From Oscillospiraceae bacterium (GTDB lineage Bacteria; Bacillota; Clostridia; Oscillospirales; Acutalibacteraceae): a stretch of DNA of 57,902 nt. Within the stretch, counting starts at the first letter, position 1, and the number at the start of each line of letters is the position of its first letter. Shown one piece after another: positions 6,750 to 15,351 of the stretch. A program made the translations under genes and the position numbers. The notes below the pieces were generated by a model that was not told the origin of the DNA, ran no database searches, and was given only the letters and a program-made list of their open reading frames with translations. Where the stretch lies: contig CADBPL010000018.1 of the NCBI GenBank assembly GCA_902796535.1, positions 1 to 57,902 of the forward strand. Reading direction: 5' to 3'.

Positions 6750-9700
6750 TTACATACCAATGTACGTCAGCCAGTTGCCGAGGATGAATTCAATGAGCCA
6801 GACGATTTTTTCTTTTAGGGTCAGAGGTACAGGTTCCGTTTCGATTGCACCGCAAACTGTGCAGGTACGCTGCATTTCTTTGGGTCTAAAGATAGTACCT
6901 TCTTTTGTTACTACCCAGCCGCCAAATTTGTGACCATTTTTAGGAATCTTAATCTGCGGTTTCAATACTTTGCTGCAGCGGCTGCAGTGGCTGCCTTCAG
7001 TGTAGCCGTCTTTGACACAGGTCGGTTCAATGCGGGGGTCGATGACCTCGTTGTGACCGAGCGCAGGAATCTCAACCTTTTCGGTCAGTTCCGCTTTACA
7101 TCTGTCGCAGTAATCATAGACCTGATGGCCTTTTTCTTCGCACGTGGGCGCCTTGTAAGCGGCAGTCTTTCTGACATGACCGAGCGCGGGAATGACTTCA
7201 GCTTCCTTCTGAACATAGGTGCAGCCGTCTCTGGTGCAGTAGACCTTTTCGGTGTGGCCGTCATGCGTGCAATCCGGTTCAACAGCGGGAATCGTGGCGA
7301 GGATGTGACCGAGTGCATTAGGCTTCTGATTGTATTCTTTCTTATAACCGCAGACGCTGCACTGCTCAAAGGTGTAAGAACCCTTTTCGCAGGAAGGAGC
7401 AACATTGATCGCTTTGCCGAACTGATGGCCTCTTGCCGGCACAAAGTCGGTCGGAGCCTGCGTGTCGCCGCATCTGGAGCAGGTGGAAACCGTGTAGCCA
7501 ATTTCGGTGCAGCTGGGAGGCGTGACGTTCTTCACATAATTGTGGTCAAGCGCCGGGAGGATCTCGCCGCTGAAACGGCCGCACACGGAGCAAACCATGC
7601 CGTTTCTGCCGCTTTCGGTGCAGGTCGCGGGTTCGTTGACCGGCGAATCGCTGTGCGGCAGCAGATCGAGCGTTTGGTAGGTGGATTTGTCAACATCGCC
7701 GCAGTAAGAGCAGATCTTGACCTTGATGCCTGCCTTGGAGCAGGTGGATTCTTTGATGATGGTTTCCACATAGTTGTGGGTCAGTTTAATGTCGGTGTCA
7801 ACGTCTTTGTAATAATCGCACTTGGTGCAGTAGGTGTGGTCATAACCGTTTTCATAGCAGGTTGCCGCAATCTTCTTCGTCTTGAGGTCGTGAGAACCCT
7901 GCAGCACAAGCTTCGGTTCAGCCAGCTTCATGCATCTTCTGCACTGGGAGATCATGTTGCCGCCGCCGTCAATGCAGTTGACTTCGGTAACAGCGTTGCC
8001 TTCCACTTTTTCGTCGCTTGCAACCGGTTCGCCGTCAGCATTATAAGAAGCGATCTTATACCAGGCGGTGTCGCCGGCCTTCTGGCAGACGGGGATGAAT
8101 TCGTTGTTCACAACGATGTAGGCGCAGCGGACATAATCATGACCAAGGGCGTCAATTTCCTGCTTGGCAAGGGATTTATCGGTGATCTTGGCAATGAGGT
8201 CTCTGTTGGCGTCGATAACGGTTTTAATTTCAGCCGTGCCGAGATCTGTCCATGCCTGTTCCAGAATGGCAACAATATCATTCGTGGTGTTGATCACGCT
8301 TTCGCGCGCGATGATCTGCTTGACTGCTTCCGCGATGATTTCGGAGAAAACATATCTCACATCGCCGGTCGGTTCTGCGACACAGGTCGTGACGACGTTG
8401 CCCTTATCGTCGACGTCGTAGCTTTCTTCATCAAAGATGAAGCCTTCGGTGCCGTCTTTCCTGGTGCCGATATAGCCGTGGTAAGTAACGGCTGTCTCAA
8501 AGATTTTCGTCAGATTATCAGCGAGCTTGCTCGAATCGCCCTTCTGATAGGCGGCAAGGATCGCCATGTTGATTTCGTTGGCAACGTCATAAACCTGTTC
8601 GTCGTTCGTCAGGCCGGAATCGCTGTAGAAGAAGTGGACGCGGTTCACGTCAACGTCTTTCGTGACGGCGATGATGTTGTCAAGCGCTTTTCTGTCGCTG
8701 ATTTTGACAACAGCCTTGCCGAGGACGGTATCGGAATAATAGGGGCAGCCCTTGACGGTGCAGATTTTGACCTGCTCGCCTTTTTCGGTGCAGGTGGGTT
8801 CAAGGGTAGTGAACCAGCGGGACGCCGTGTGAACGTCGGGCGTTTTGTTGAGTGTTCTCTGAACGTTGTCGCCGTTTTCATCCTTGATGTAATCGCCGCA
8901 GTAATTGCAGACGAGCCACTGATAACCGTCTTCCACACAGTTGGGGCTCTTGAGCGTTTTCCACGTGCCGGAGTAATACCCCTTCGTGTGGTTGTTCGGG
9001 ATCACTTCGCTGTAAAGCACGTCGCCGCAGATGGTGCAGCGGGAACCGCGTTCGCCGGGTTCGGTGCAAGTGGCGGGAATTTCATAATTGATCACGTTGC
9101 CGGTCTGAACATCGCTGTGGCCGGTGGCCGGCAGAACGTATTCATAGTTGTAATCGTTACACCATTCACAGGTGACGACGGTTTTACCGTCTTGGGTGCA
9201 GGTGGGTTCGGTCACCGTGTTCACATAATGATGGATGGCATTGCCGTTGTTGTCGATTTGAACGGTGCTATACTTTTTAAGCCATTGATTGTACTGAACT
9301 TGTTCACCGTTGACAACATTTTTCTGCTGCGTAGCGGTAAGCTTGCTGAGATCCGTTTCACCGGAATCAACAATAATATCCTTACCGTCTTTATCTTTTT
9401 CACCGGTCTTATATTTATAAGTAAGCTGAGTAAAGTCGATGCCATTTTTTTCATCTTTGGTGTTGCTCGCCAAGTTGCAGTTTTTACAATGCATCACAAT
9501 CTGCTCACCAAGTTTTGACTGGCAGTTAGTGAATTTATCACCATCCTGAACGACCCAATCGTGCTCGCCAGTAGCTGGAACCGGGGTCTGGGTTTTGAAA
9601 TCAAAAACGCCGCAGACTTCGCAGAATTTAGCCTGATAACCGCCTTTGCTGCAGGTGGGCTCCATGCCGGTGATGTAAGCATAGCCGCTTGACCATTTGT

Positions 9701-10316
9701 GATCGCTCTTTTCGGTGTAGCCGCCCTTGGCATAGAAAGCGCCGCACTGAGAGCAGTATTTATCGCCTTCATAGCCCTTCTTGGTGCAGGTCGCCGCATA
9801 GCTGTGCTTCAGAATGCCGCCGGTATGCTTGTGGCTGAAGTAAACGCGAAGGCCGTCAACGTTCGCCGTAAAGATGGCTTTCCATTCTGCCTGAGAACCT
9901 TCAAAATAGACGGACTTGATGGAGGAATTGCTGAACGCGTTGGAGTCGATCGCCGTTACCGTCTTCGGGATGCCGACAGCGTCAACCTTGAGCAGCTTGA
10001 AGCCGTTTGCACCGATCGTATTGACCGTGTTGGCGATGGTGACCGAGCTGATGCTGTCAACAATGTTCGCACCGTCTTTGTCGGTCCACGGTGTGACGTC
10101 AGCATCGGTGAGCGCCTTGATGGTCTGGCCTTTGAAAACGATTTCGCCGTCATCATAGTACTCCCAATAGCCTTTGCTGACCGTAGGCGTGCCCTCTCTG
10201 ACGTCAACTGCCGAAGCAATCAGACCGGCAAAGTTGGCAGCCGGGACGGCGCCGAAAACCATGATCAACGCCAGCGCAAGCGAGAGCACGGATTTCAGCA
10301 TTTTTTGCTTTTTCAT
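6750..10316 (-). CDS. Large secreted/cell-surface protein. It has a signal peptide, a BspA-type leucine-rich-repeat segment, about 15 tandem His+3Cys modules split by a Cys-free central region, and a short hydrophobic C-terminal tail.
   Basis: ORF 6750..10388. The preferred start is the ATG at 10316 (MKKQKMLKSVLSLALALIMVFGAVPA) behind AGGAG. LRR_5-like sequence SVTIANTVNTIGANGF / IPKTVTAIDSNAFSNSSIKSVYF. Repeats of the type GH-x10-12-PTC-xxG-x5-6-C-xx-CG. It has its own consensus promoter and a 15-bp-stem terminator. Confidence 0.8.
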   Translation of the reverse strand: MKKQKMLKSVLSLALALIMVFGAVPAANFAGLIASAVDVREGTPTVSKGYWEYYDDGEIVFKGQTIKALTDADVTPWTDKDGANIVDSISSVTIANTVNTIGANGFKLLKVDAVGIPKTVTAIDSNAFSNSSIKSVYFEGSQAEWKAIFTANVDGLRVYFSHKHTGGILKHSYAATCTKKGYEGDKYCSQCGAFYAKGGYTEKSDHKWSSGYAYITGMEPTCSKGGYQAKFCEVCGVFDFKTQTPVPATGEHDWVVQDGDKFTNCQSKLGEQIVMHCKNCNLASNTKDEKNGIDFTQLTYKYKTGEKDKDGKDIIVDSGETDLSKLTATQQKNVVNGEQVQYNQWLKKYSTVQIDNNGNAIHHYVNTVTEPTCTQDGKTVVTCEWCNDYNYEYVLPATGHSDVQTGNVINYEIPATCTEPGERGSRCTICGDVLYSEVIPNNHTKGYYSGTWKTLKSPNCVEDGYQWLVCNYCGDYIKDENGDNVQRTLNKTPDVHTASRWFTTLEPTCTEKGEQVKICTVKGCPYYSDTVLGKAVVKISDRKALDNIIAVTKDVDVNRVHFFYSDSGLTNDEQVYDVANEINMAILAAYQKGDSSKLADNLTKIFETAVTYHGYIGTRKDGTEGFIFDEESYDVDDKGNVVTTCVAEPTGDVRYVFSEIIAEAVKQIIARESVINTTNDIVAILEQAWTDLGTAEIKTVIDANRDLIAKITDKSLAKQEIDALGHDYVRCAYIVVNNEFIPVCQKAGDTAWYKIASYNADGEPVASDEKVEGNAVTEVNCIDGGGNMISQCRRCMKLAEPKLVLQGSHDLKTKKIAATCYENGYDHTYCTKCDYYKDVDTDIKLTHNYVETIIKESTCSKAGIKVKICSYCGDVDKSTYQTLDLLPHSDSPVNEPATCTESGRNGMVCSVCGRFSGEILPALDHNYVKNVTPPSCTEIGYTVSTCSRCGDTQAPTDFVPARGHQFGKAINVAPSCEKGSYTFEQCSVCGYKKEYNQKPNALGHILATIPAVEPDCTHDGHTEKVYCTRDGCTYVQKEAEVIPALGHVRKTAAYKAPTCEEKGHQVYDYCDRCKAELTEKVEIPALGHNEVIDPRIEPTCVKDGYTEGSHCSRCSKVLKPQIKIPKNGHKFGGWVVTKEGTIFRPKEMQRTCTVCGAIETEPVPLTLKEKIVWLIEFILGNWLTYIGM

Positions 10317-10411
10317 GTTTGCACATCTCCTTTTTGTTTTTTTGCCCGCTTCACACCGAACCTTTCGCGCCGGCACGGCACAAAACAAGCAAATATTAAA
10401 AAATTTGTTAC

Positions 10412-10440
10412 ATTATAACCTTTTTTTGGTAACAAGTCAA
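10412..10440 (-). promoter_or_regulatory. Consensus sigma-A promoter of the giant surface-protein gene.
   Basis: The minus strand reads TTGACT (10440-10435), a 17-nt spacer, then TATAAT (10417-10412). This lies about 95 nt upstream of the ATG at 10316. Confidence 0.6.
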
Positions 10441-10504
10441 TAGAATTCGCAATAGATTTTTCATTTTAATGCTAAAATGTTTGGATTTATGGTGAAAAAA
10501 ACCG

Positions 10505-11560
10505 TCAATAGAGCTGCTTGCAATTGAATTGGAAGGAGGCGAAGTTGCCGTCCCGGCCGGTGATATACGGCTCAAGGAAGAACCCGCCGACCAGAATCAC
10601 GTCGCACGGATAGACCGTTTCGCCGGTCATTTCGTCTTCTTCTCCCTCAAAACCGGCGGCCGCGGCGGAATCCCCAATGCGAATGCCGGGCAGCGCCTCG
10701 TATTCATCGCTGAACAGGAACAGCCCCTTGATGAGCGCGTCCGGATCGATCGGCTTTTCTTCATACCCCTCTTCCGGCTCGACGCCCAGATACATGTGCT
10801 TTCTCAGCTTCGTGTCATATTCGGAAATATCGCAGTAAGCTTCTTTATATTTTTGCTTCATTTCCAATGCGCTGCGCCCGACGAACAAAACGGGATAGTT
10901 CTCTCTGTCATTTTCTTCAACGTCGAGCGTTTTAAAATCCAGCTTGTCAAGAACCGTGATGATGATCGAATGGCAAACGGAATCGGCGTGAAAGAAAAAC
11001 AGATAGGCCGTTGCCGTTTTGCCGTTCACCGGGAACCGGAAGGTCGCGGTGTAGGCGCAGAATTCCCTGTTGTAATCACAATCGGAAAGAGAAAACGCCC
11101 TGGCATAGTCCTGATAGCCGGAGCCGGTTTTCAGCCCGGGATAAAGCTCGGTGTCGGACGAGGTGTAAAGCGTTTCAAACACGGCGTCGTCCGTCGGCGT
11201 TCTCAGGTCGTTCTCATCCCGGTCAAAGGATGAATAAAGGTAGCTGACGCCGGGATACCAATCATCAAAGGCGCATTCTTCGCAGTGATCGAAAAAGATG
11301 TTGTTGCCAAAGGGGTGCTGAGCCTGAACCTCCTTGACGTTTTGCCCCAGCAAACCGACGGGATAAGCCGAAACGTCGACCTCGGGCTGTGTTACAGGTT
11401 CCGCCGCGATTGTTGCAGCCGACGTGCCGGTTTCGGCCGCCGCGGTCTCGGTCGGCGCTCCGGCCGGTTCGGCGGTTGGCTTGCTCGCGCAGGAAGCGGT
11501 TGACAACAGCAGTGTGAGCGCAGCGCACAGGGCAAGCGCTTTTTTCAGCTTTGTTTTCAT
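10505..11560 (-). CDS. Putative lipoprotein of unknown function.
   Basis: 351 aa. N-terminus MKTKLKKALALCAALTLLLSTASCASK (signal plus a lipobox-like TASC), followed by an Ala/Thr/Pro/Glu-rich linker. RBS AGAGGTG. It starts 18 nt after the ABC gene stop. Confidence 0.6.
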   Translation of the reverse strand: MKTKLKKALALCAALTLLLSTASCASKPTAEPAGAPTETAAAETGTSAATIAAEPVTQPEVDVSAYPVGLLGQNVKEVQAQHPFGNNIFFDHCEECAFDDWYPGVSYLYSSFDRDENDLRTPTDDAVFETLYTSSDTELYPGLKTGSGYQDYARAFSLSDCDYNREFCAYTATFRFPVNGKTATAYLFFFHADSVCHSIIITVLDKLDFKTLDVEENDRENYPVLFVGRSALEMKQKYKEAYCDISEYDTKLRKHMYLGVEPEEGYEEKPIDPDALIKGLFLFSDEYEALPGIRIGDSAAAAGFEGEEDEMTGETVYPCDVILVGGFFLEPYITGRDGNFASFQFNCKQLY

Positions 11561-11578
11561 GATGACACCTCTCTTGTT

Positions 11579-13288
11579 TTATTCTTCATTGGAATGATCC
11601 AGCGTTCTCATGGTAACATAACCGTCCTCACTCAGCTCCAGCACCTTGTCACAGTAGCGCAGCATGGAGCGGCGGTGCGTGATGAACATACAGGTGCGGT
11701 CGGTGTATTTGGAAATGCCGTCCAGCACCTTGGCCTCCGTCTGCTCATCCAGCGCGCTGGTGGCCTCATCCAGAATGAGCAGCGGCAGCTTTTTGAGCAG
11801 CGCACGCGCAATGGAAAGCCGCTGCGCCTGCCCTTCGGAAATGCCGGTGGCGTGTTCCGCAAGCTCGGTATCCAGCCCGTCCGGCAAATTCCGGACAAAA
11901 TCATAGGCGCCGGACGCTTTGAGCACCGTCCACAGCTCCTCCTCGGTCGCGTTCGCGTTGCCGTTGCGCAGGTTTTGCTCGATCGTTCCGGCCAGCAGCG
12001 TGTTGCCCTGCGGCACATAGGAGATGAACCGCCGCGAATCCGGCTCCACGGGCTGCAGCCCGTCTTCCGTGACGTAAGTCAACGTGCCGCTCTGCGGCGT
12101 GATGAGCGCCAGCAGCAGGCGGATGAGCGTGGTCTTGCCTGCGCCGGAAGCGCCCACGATGCCCACGCGCTCACCCGGCTTGATCTCCAGCGTGACGTCG
12201 TTGAGCACCGGCTTGACGTTATAGGCAAAATTGACGTGATCCATGCGGATGCCGATCTGTTTGGGCACCCCCTCGCGGCCGGAGAACTGTTCGTTTTCAA
12301 GGTCCGTCACTTCCCGGATGCGCTTGGAGCAGATCACCATGGAATAAAACTGCGGCAGCACCTTGGACAGACGGCTGAGCGAGCCCTGCACCTGCGACAC
12401 CAGCGAAATGAACAGCGTCAGCGTGCCGTAAGTGATTTTGCCGGTCGAGATGCGGTAAGCGCCCCAGCAGAACGCCAGAATGTAGCCAAAGCTGTAAAAC
12501 AGGCGCATGAGGCTGTGGATGACGGTGCCGAGCTTGGCGGCGGAAAGCGTTGTTTTCAATCGATCCTGCCGGAATTCTTCCATGCGGCGGTTGTTTTCCT
12601 CTTCAAGCCGGAACGTCTTGACCACCGTGATGTTGGACAGGCTCTCCTGCATAAAAGCGCGGTAAGCGGATTCGCTCTCTTTCAGCCGCGTCTGATAGAC
12701 CTTGTATTTGGGCATGAGCGTCAGCGAGATCAGGCCGCCGAGCGGGCCGATCACCAGAGCGAAAACGGCAAGCTCATGGTCGTAATGAAACAGAATGAAA
12801 AAAGCGATGGTGAGCTGCATCGCGGTCACGATCGTGTTGGGAACGATGGTGAGGATGCCGGAGGAAATGCCGTAAATATCGCTGGTCAGGCGGGTCACAA
12901 TGTCGCCGCTGTGGAATCGGATGAGCTTTTGCCACACGCTGCTTTGAATGCCGCTGAACATTTTGCAGCGCAGCCCGAAGGAAAAGTTTTCATTCACATA
13001 ATCGTTGAAGATGCGAAACACCGTTGAAAAAGCGATCGACAGCAGCGAGGCGCCCGCCATGATGGCAACATATTTTGCGTCCAGCCGGGCGGAGGTGGCG
13101 CGGTCCACCACCGTTTTGCTGACAAAGGTGCTCAGCAGCGACAGCATCAGCGAAAGGATCTCGAACAGCAGCATCAGCGCAATGGTGCCGCGGTAGGGTT
13201 TGGCCTGCCGCGCCATCCAGAAAATATGGTCCTTGTTTTCTTCACGGTTTTTAATGAATTCGATCAGCTTTCCCCATTTTTCGTTCAC
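11579..13288 (-). CDS. ABC exporter with fused permease and ATPase (ABCB/MsbA-like half transporter).
   Basis: 569 aa with a GTG start. N-terminal 6-TM-type domain. Walker A GASGAGKTT, signature ISEGQAQR, Walker B LLILDEATSALD. Confidence 0.9.
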   Translation of the reverse strand: MNEKWGKLIEFIKNREENKDHIFWMARQAKPYRGTIALMLLFEILSLMLSLLSTFVSKTVVDRATSARLDAKYVAIMAGASLLSIAFSTVFRIFNDYVNENFSFGLRCKMFSGIQSSVWQKLIRFHSGDIVTRLTSDIYGISSGILTIVPNTIVTAMQLTIAFFILFHYDHELAVFALVIGPLGGLISLTLMPKYKVYQTRLKESESAYRAFMQESLSNITVVKTFRLEEENNRRMEEFRQDRLKTTLSAAKLGTVIHSLMRLFYSFGYILAFCWGAYRISTGKITYGTLTLFISLVSQVQGSLSRLSKVLPQFYSMVICSKRIREVTDLENEQFSGREGVPKQIGIRMDHVNFAYNVKPVLNDVTLEIKPGERVGIVGASGAGKTTLIRLLLALITPQSGTLTYVTEDGLQPVEPDSRRFISYVPQGNTLLAGTIEQNLRNGNANATEEELWTVLKASGAYDFVRNLPDGLDTELAEHATGISEGQAQRLSIARALLKKLPLLILDEATSALDEQTEAKVLDGISKYTDRTCMFITHRRSMLRYCDKVLELSEDGYVTMRTLDHSNEE

Positions 13289-13294
13289 GCTTTT

Positions 13295-13783
13295 TCACCC
13301 CCCGATGTGCTTGAGCTTAATGAAGGCGCGCGTCAGCAGCAGCGTTGTTTTCGGCAGCCGGATGCGCATTTTCATGTAAAGAATCATCAACCGGTTGCGT
13401 ATGCTGCGGCTGCAGTTGATCATTTTGCCGCGGCGGATGCAAATGTTGACGGATGCGATCAGCTGCTCCGGCCTGATCCCCTTTTCCAGTATGCTCTGGT
13501 TGTCGCCCACAAAGGTCAGCGAGCCGTTTTTTGCAACTGCGTATAAGCGGTGCATCACATATTGACCGTTCGTGCGCCGATACAACAGAATATCGCCGCT
13601 GCGCAGCGCACGCTTTGGCAGTGCTTCAAAAAACACGGAATCCCGGCCGTTGACCAGAAACGGATACATGCTTGACCCTTTTACGAGCACACGCACGCTG
13701 CCGCCGGCCGCGATCGCCTCGTGGATATACGGCTCGACGTCGCTCATTTTCATCGGTTCGGTTAATTTGATCCCGTCTTCCAT
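13295..13783 (-). CDS. Soluble S24/S26-family (SipW/LexA-like) serine peptidase.
   Basis: ORF 13295..13843. The preferred start is the ATG at 13783 (MEDGIKL...) behind AAAGGGAAG and downstream of a consensus promoter. Nucleophile motif KGSSMYPFL...GD and a later YVMHRL (Ser/His-type). There is no N-terminal TM segment. The stop lies 6 nt before the ABC gene start. Confidence 0.6.
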   Translation of the reverse strand: MEDGIKLTEPMKMSDVEPYIHEAIAAGGSVRVLVKGSSMYPFLVNGRDSVFFEALPKRALRSGDILLYRRTNGQYVMHRLYAVAKNGSLTFVGDNQSILEKGIRPEQLIASVNICIRRGKMINCSRSIRNRLMILYMKMRIRLPKTTLLLTRAFIKLKHIGG

Positions 13784-13814
13784 GCTTCGCTTCCCTTTCA
13801 TTATAGATAACTGC

Positions 13815-13843
13815 ATTATAGTACAAAATTCATGTCTTCGCAA
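13815..13843 (-). promoter_or_regulatory. Sigma-A promoter of the S24 peptidase / ABC / lipoprotein operon.
   Basis: The minus strand reads TTGCGA (13843-13838), a 17-nt spacer, then TATAAT (13820-13815). It lies inside the 5' extension of the track ORF, which supports the 13783 start. Confidence 0.55.
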
Positions 13844-13902
13844 GTTTTAGGCAAAAATTGCATCAATTTAAAAAGGATTCCGCAGGAATTGCACGATTTT
13901 GC

Positions 13903-13931
13903 TTGCCATTGTATGCGGATTATGCTAATAT
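13903..13931 (+). promoter_or_regulatory. Sigma-A promoter of glyQS.
   Basis: TTGCCA (13903-13908), a 17-nt spacer, then TGcTAATAT (hexamer 13926-13931). The leader to the ATG is only about 35-40 nt. Confidence 0.55.
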
Positions 13932-13971
13932 GGGCAGGAAGATTTGAAAAATGTGAAAGGAAACATGAACC

Positions 13972-15351
13972 ATGCTCAATTCCGAAAAAACGATGGAAAA
14001 AATCGTGGCGCTTTGCAAAAACAGAGGCTTCATTTTCGCCGGCAGCGATATTTACGGGGGCCTGGCCAACACCTGGGATTACGGCCCGCTCGGCGCACGG
14101 CTGAAAAATAACGTAAAGGATACCTGGCGCAAGCGCTTCATTCAGGAGCGCAAAAACAGCTTTGAAGTGGACGCCGACATTCTGATGCACCCCCGCGTGT
14201 GGGAAGCCAGCGGCCATGTGGCGAGCTTTTCCGATCCGCTGCTGGACTGCAAGGAGTGCAAAATGCGTCACCGCGCTGACAACCTGATCGACGATTTTGA
14301 CCCCGAGGCGCATGCCGACGGTATGACCAAGCAGGAAATGTTTGAATACATCAAGGCTCATTCCATCCCCTGCCCCCATTGCGGCAAGCACAATTTCACC
14401 GAGATCCGTGAATTCAACCTGATGTTCCAGACCTTCCGCGGCGTGACTAACGACAGCAAGAGCGTGATTTATCTGCGTCCGGAAAACGCACAGGGCGAAT
14501 ACGTTAACTATGTTAATGTGCAGCGCACGATGCGCGCAAAACTGCCGTTCAGCATCGGCCAGATCGGTAAGGCGTTTCGCAACGAGATCACGCCCGGCAA
14601 CTTCACCTTCCGCACGATCGAATTTGAGCAGATGGAGTTCCAGACCTTCTGCAAGGAGGGCACGGACACCGAGCTTTACGATTATTTCAAGGCTTACGGC
14701 AAGCAGTATTATGAAGATTTGGGCATTGCGCCGGAGCATCTGCGCTATCACGACCACGAAAAGCTTGCGCACTATGCCAAGGCGGCGTGCGACATCGAAT
14801 TCCTCTTCCCCTTCGGCTGGGGCGAAATCAACGGCACGCACAACCGCACGAATTTTGACCTGACCCGCCATCAGGAATACAGCGGGCAGAAGATGGATTA
14901 TCTCGACCCCGAAACCAACGAGCGCTTCATCCCCTTCATCATCGAATCCACCTACGGGCTGGATCGCACGGTGCTCGCGCTGCTGTGCGAAGCCTATGAT
15001 GAAGAGGTTGTGGACGCCGAAAAGAACGACACCCGTGTGGTGCTTCATCTTAACCCCGTGGTGGCGCCCTTCAAGGCCGCGGTGCTGCCGCTGTCCAAAA
15101 AGCTCAGCCCGCAGGCGCTGGAGGTGTATGAAGCGCTGCAGAAGAGCTTCATGGTCGATTTCGACGAGACCGGTTCCATCGGCAAGCGCTACCGCCGTCA
15201 GGATGAGATCGGCACGCCCGTGTGCATCACCTACGATTTTGACAGCGTGGAGGATGGCTGCGTGACCGTGCGCGACCGCGACACCATGGATCAAAAGCGC
15301 ATTAAAATCGACGAAGTGAAAGACTATATCGCCGAAATCATCAAGTTCTGA
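13972..15351 (+). CDS. glyQS: Glycine--tRNA ligase (homodimeric class II type).
   Basis: 459 aa. MEKIVALCKNRGFIFAGSDIYGGLANTWDYGPLGARLKNNVKDTWRKRFI is the conserved GlyRS N-terminus. RBS AAAGGAAA lies upstream of the ATG at 13972. Confidence 0.95.
   Translation: MLNSEKTMEKIVALCKNRGFIFAGSDIYGGLANTWDYGPLGARLKNNVKDTWRKRFIQERKNSFEVDADILMHPRVWEASGHVASFSDPLLDCKECKMRHRADNLIDDFDPEAHADGMTKQEMFEYIKAHSIPCPHCGKHNFTEIREFNLMFQTFRGVTNDSKSVIYLRPENAQGEYVNYVNVQRTMRAKLPFSIGQIGKAFRNEITPGNFTFRTIEFEQMEFQTFCKEGTDTELYDYFKAYGKQYYEDLGIAPEHLRYHDHEKLAHYAKAACDIEFLFPFGWGEINGTHNRTNFDLTRHQEYSGQKMDYLDPETNERFIPFIIESTYGLDRTVLALLCEAYDEEVVDAEKNDTRVVLHLNPVVAPFKAAVLPLSKKLSPQALEVYEALQKSFMVDFDETGSIGKRYRRQDEIGTPVCITYDFDSVEDGCVTVRDRDTMDQKRIKIDEVKDYIAEIIKF

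Noticed and set aside
6670-6933. The 87-aa plus-strand ORF spanning the terminators and the 3' end of the giant gene, and the small ORFs at 15324..15557(-) and 16666..16848(-).
   Set aside because: They cross terminator hairpins or intergenic promoters, have no RBS, and overlap better-supported features.
6930-9518. An 862-aa plus-strand ORF, together with similar long ORFs at 3995..5233(-), 11594..13027(+), 13816..15294(-), 24865..25947(+), 32057..33427(+), 35197..36411(+), 44748..45863(+), 49364..50749(+) and 53353..54069(-).
   Set aside because: Each lies antisense to a gene with clear family motifs. Their translations are low-complexity (Ala/Gly/Arg/Val-rich) with no recognisable motifs or RBS. 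These are typical shadow ORFs of a high-GC genome.
10317-10388. N-terminal extensions of several track ORFs: the giant protein to 10388, the phosphoesterase to 20874, the M50 protease to 41747, spoVT to 16232, the S24 peptidase to 13843 and remA to 35135.
   Set aside because: The extensions are Arg/Cys-rich or overlap the upstream gene. They lack an RBS, and for the giant gene and the S24 peptidase they lie upstream of or within the predicted promoter. Internal starts have good Shine-Dalgarno sequences and give canonical signal peptides or N-termini.
13844-13971. An expected glycine T-box leader upstream of glyQS.
   Set aside because: The distance from the predicted -10 (13926-13931) to the ATG (13972) is only about 40 nt. 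That is far too short for a T-box (about 200 nt or more), and I found no specifier-loop or T-box sequence.
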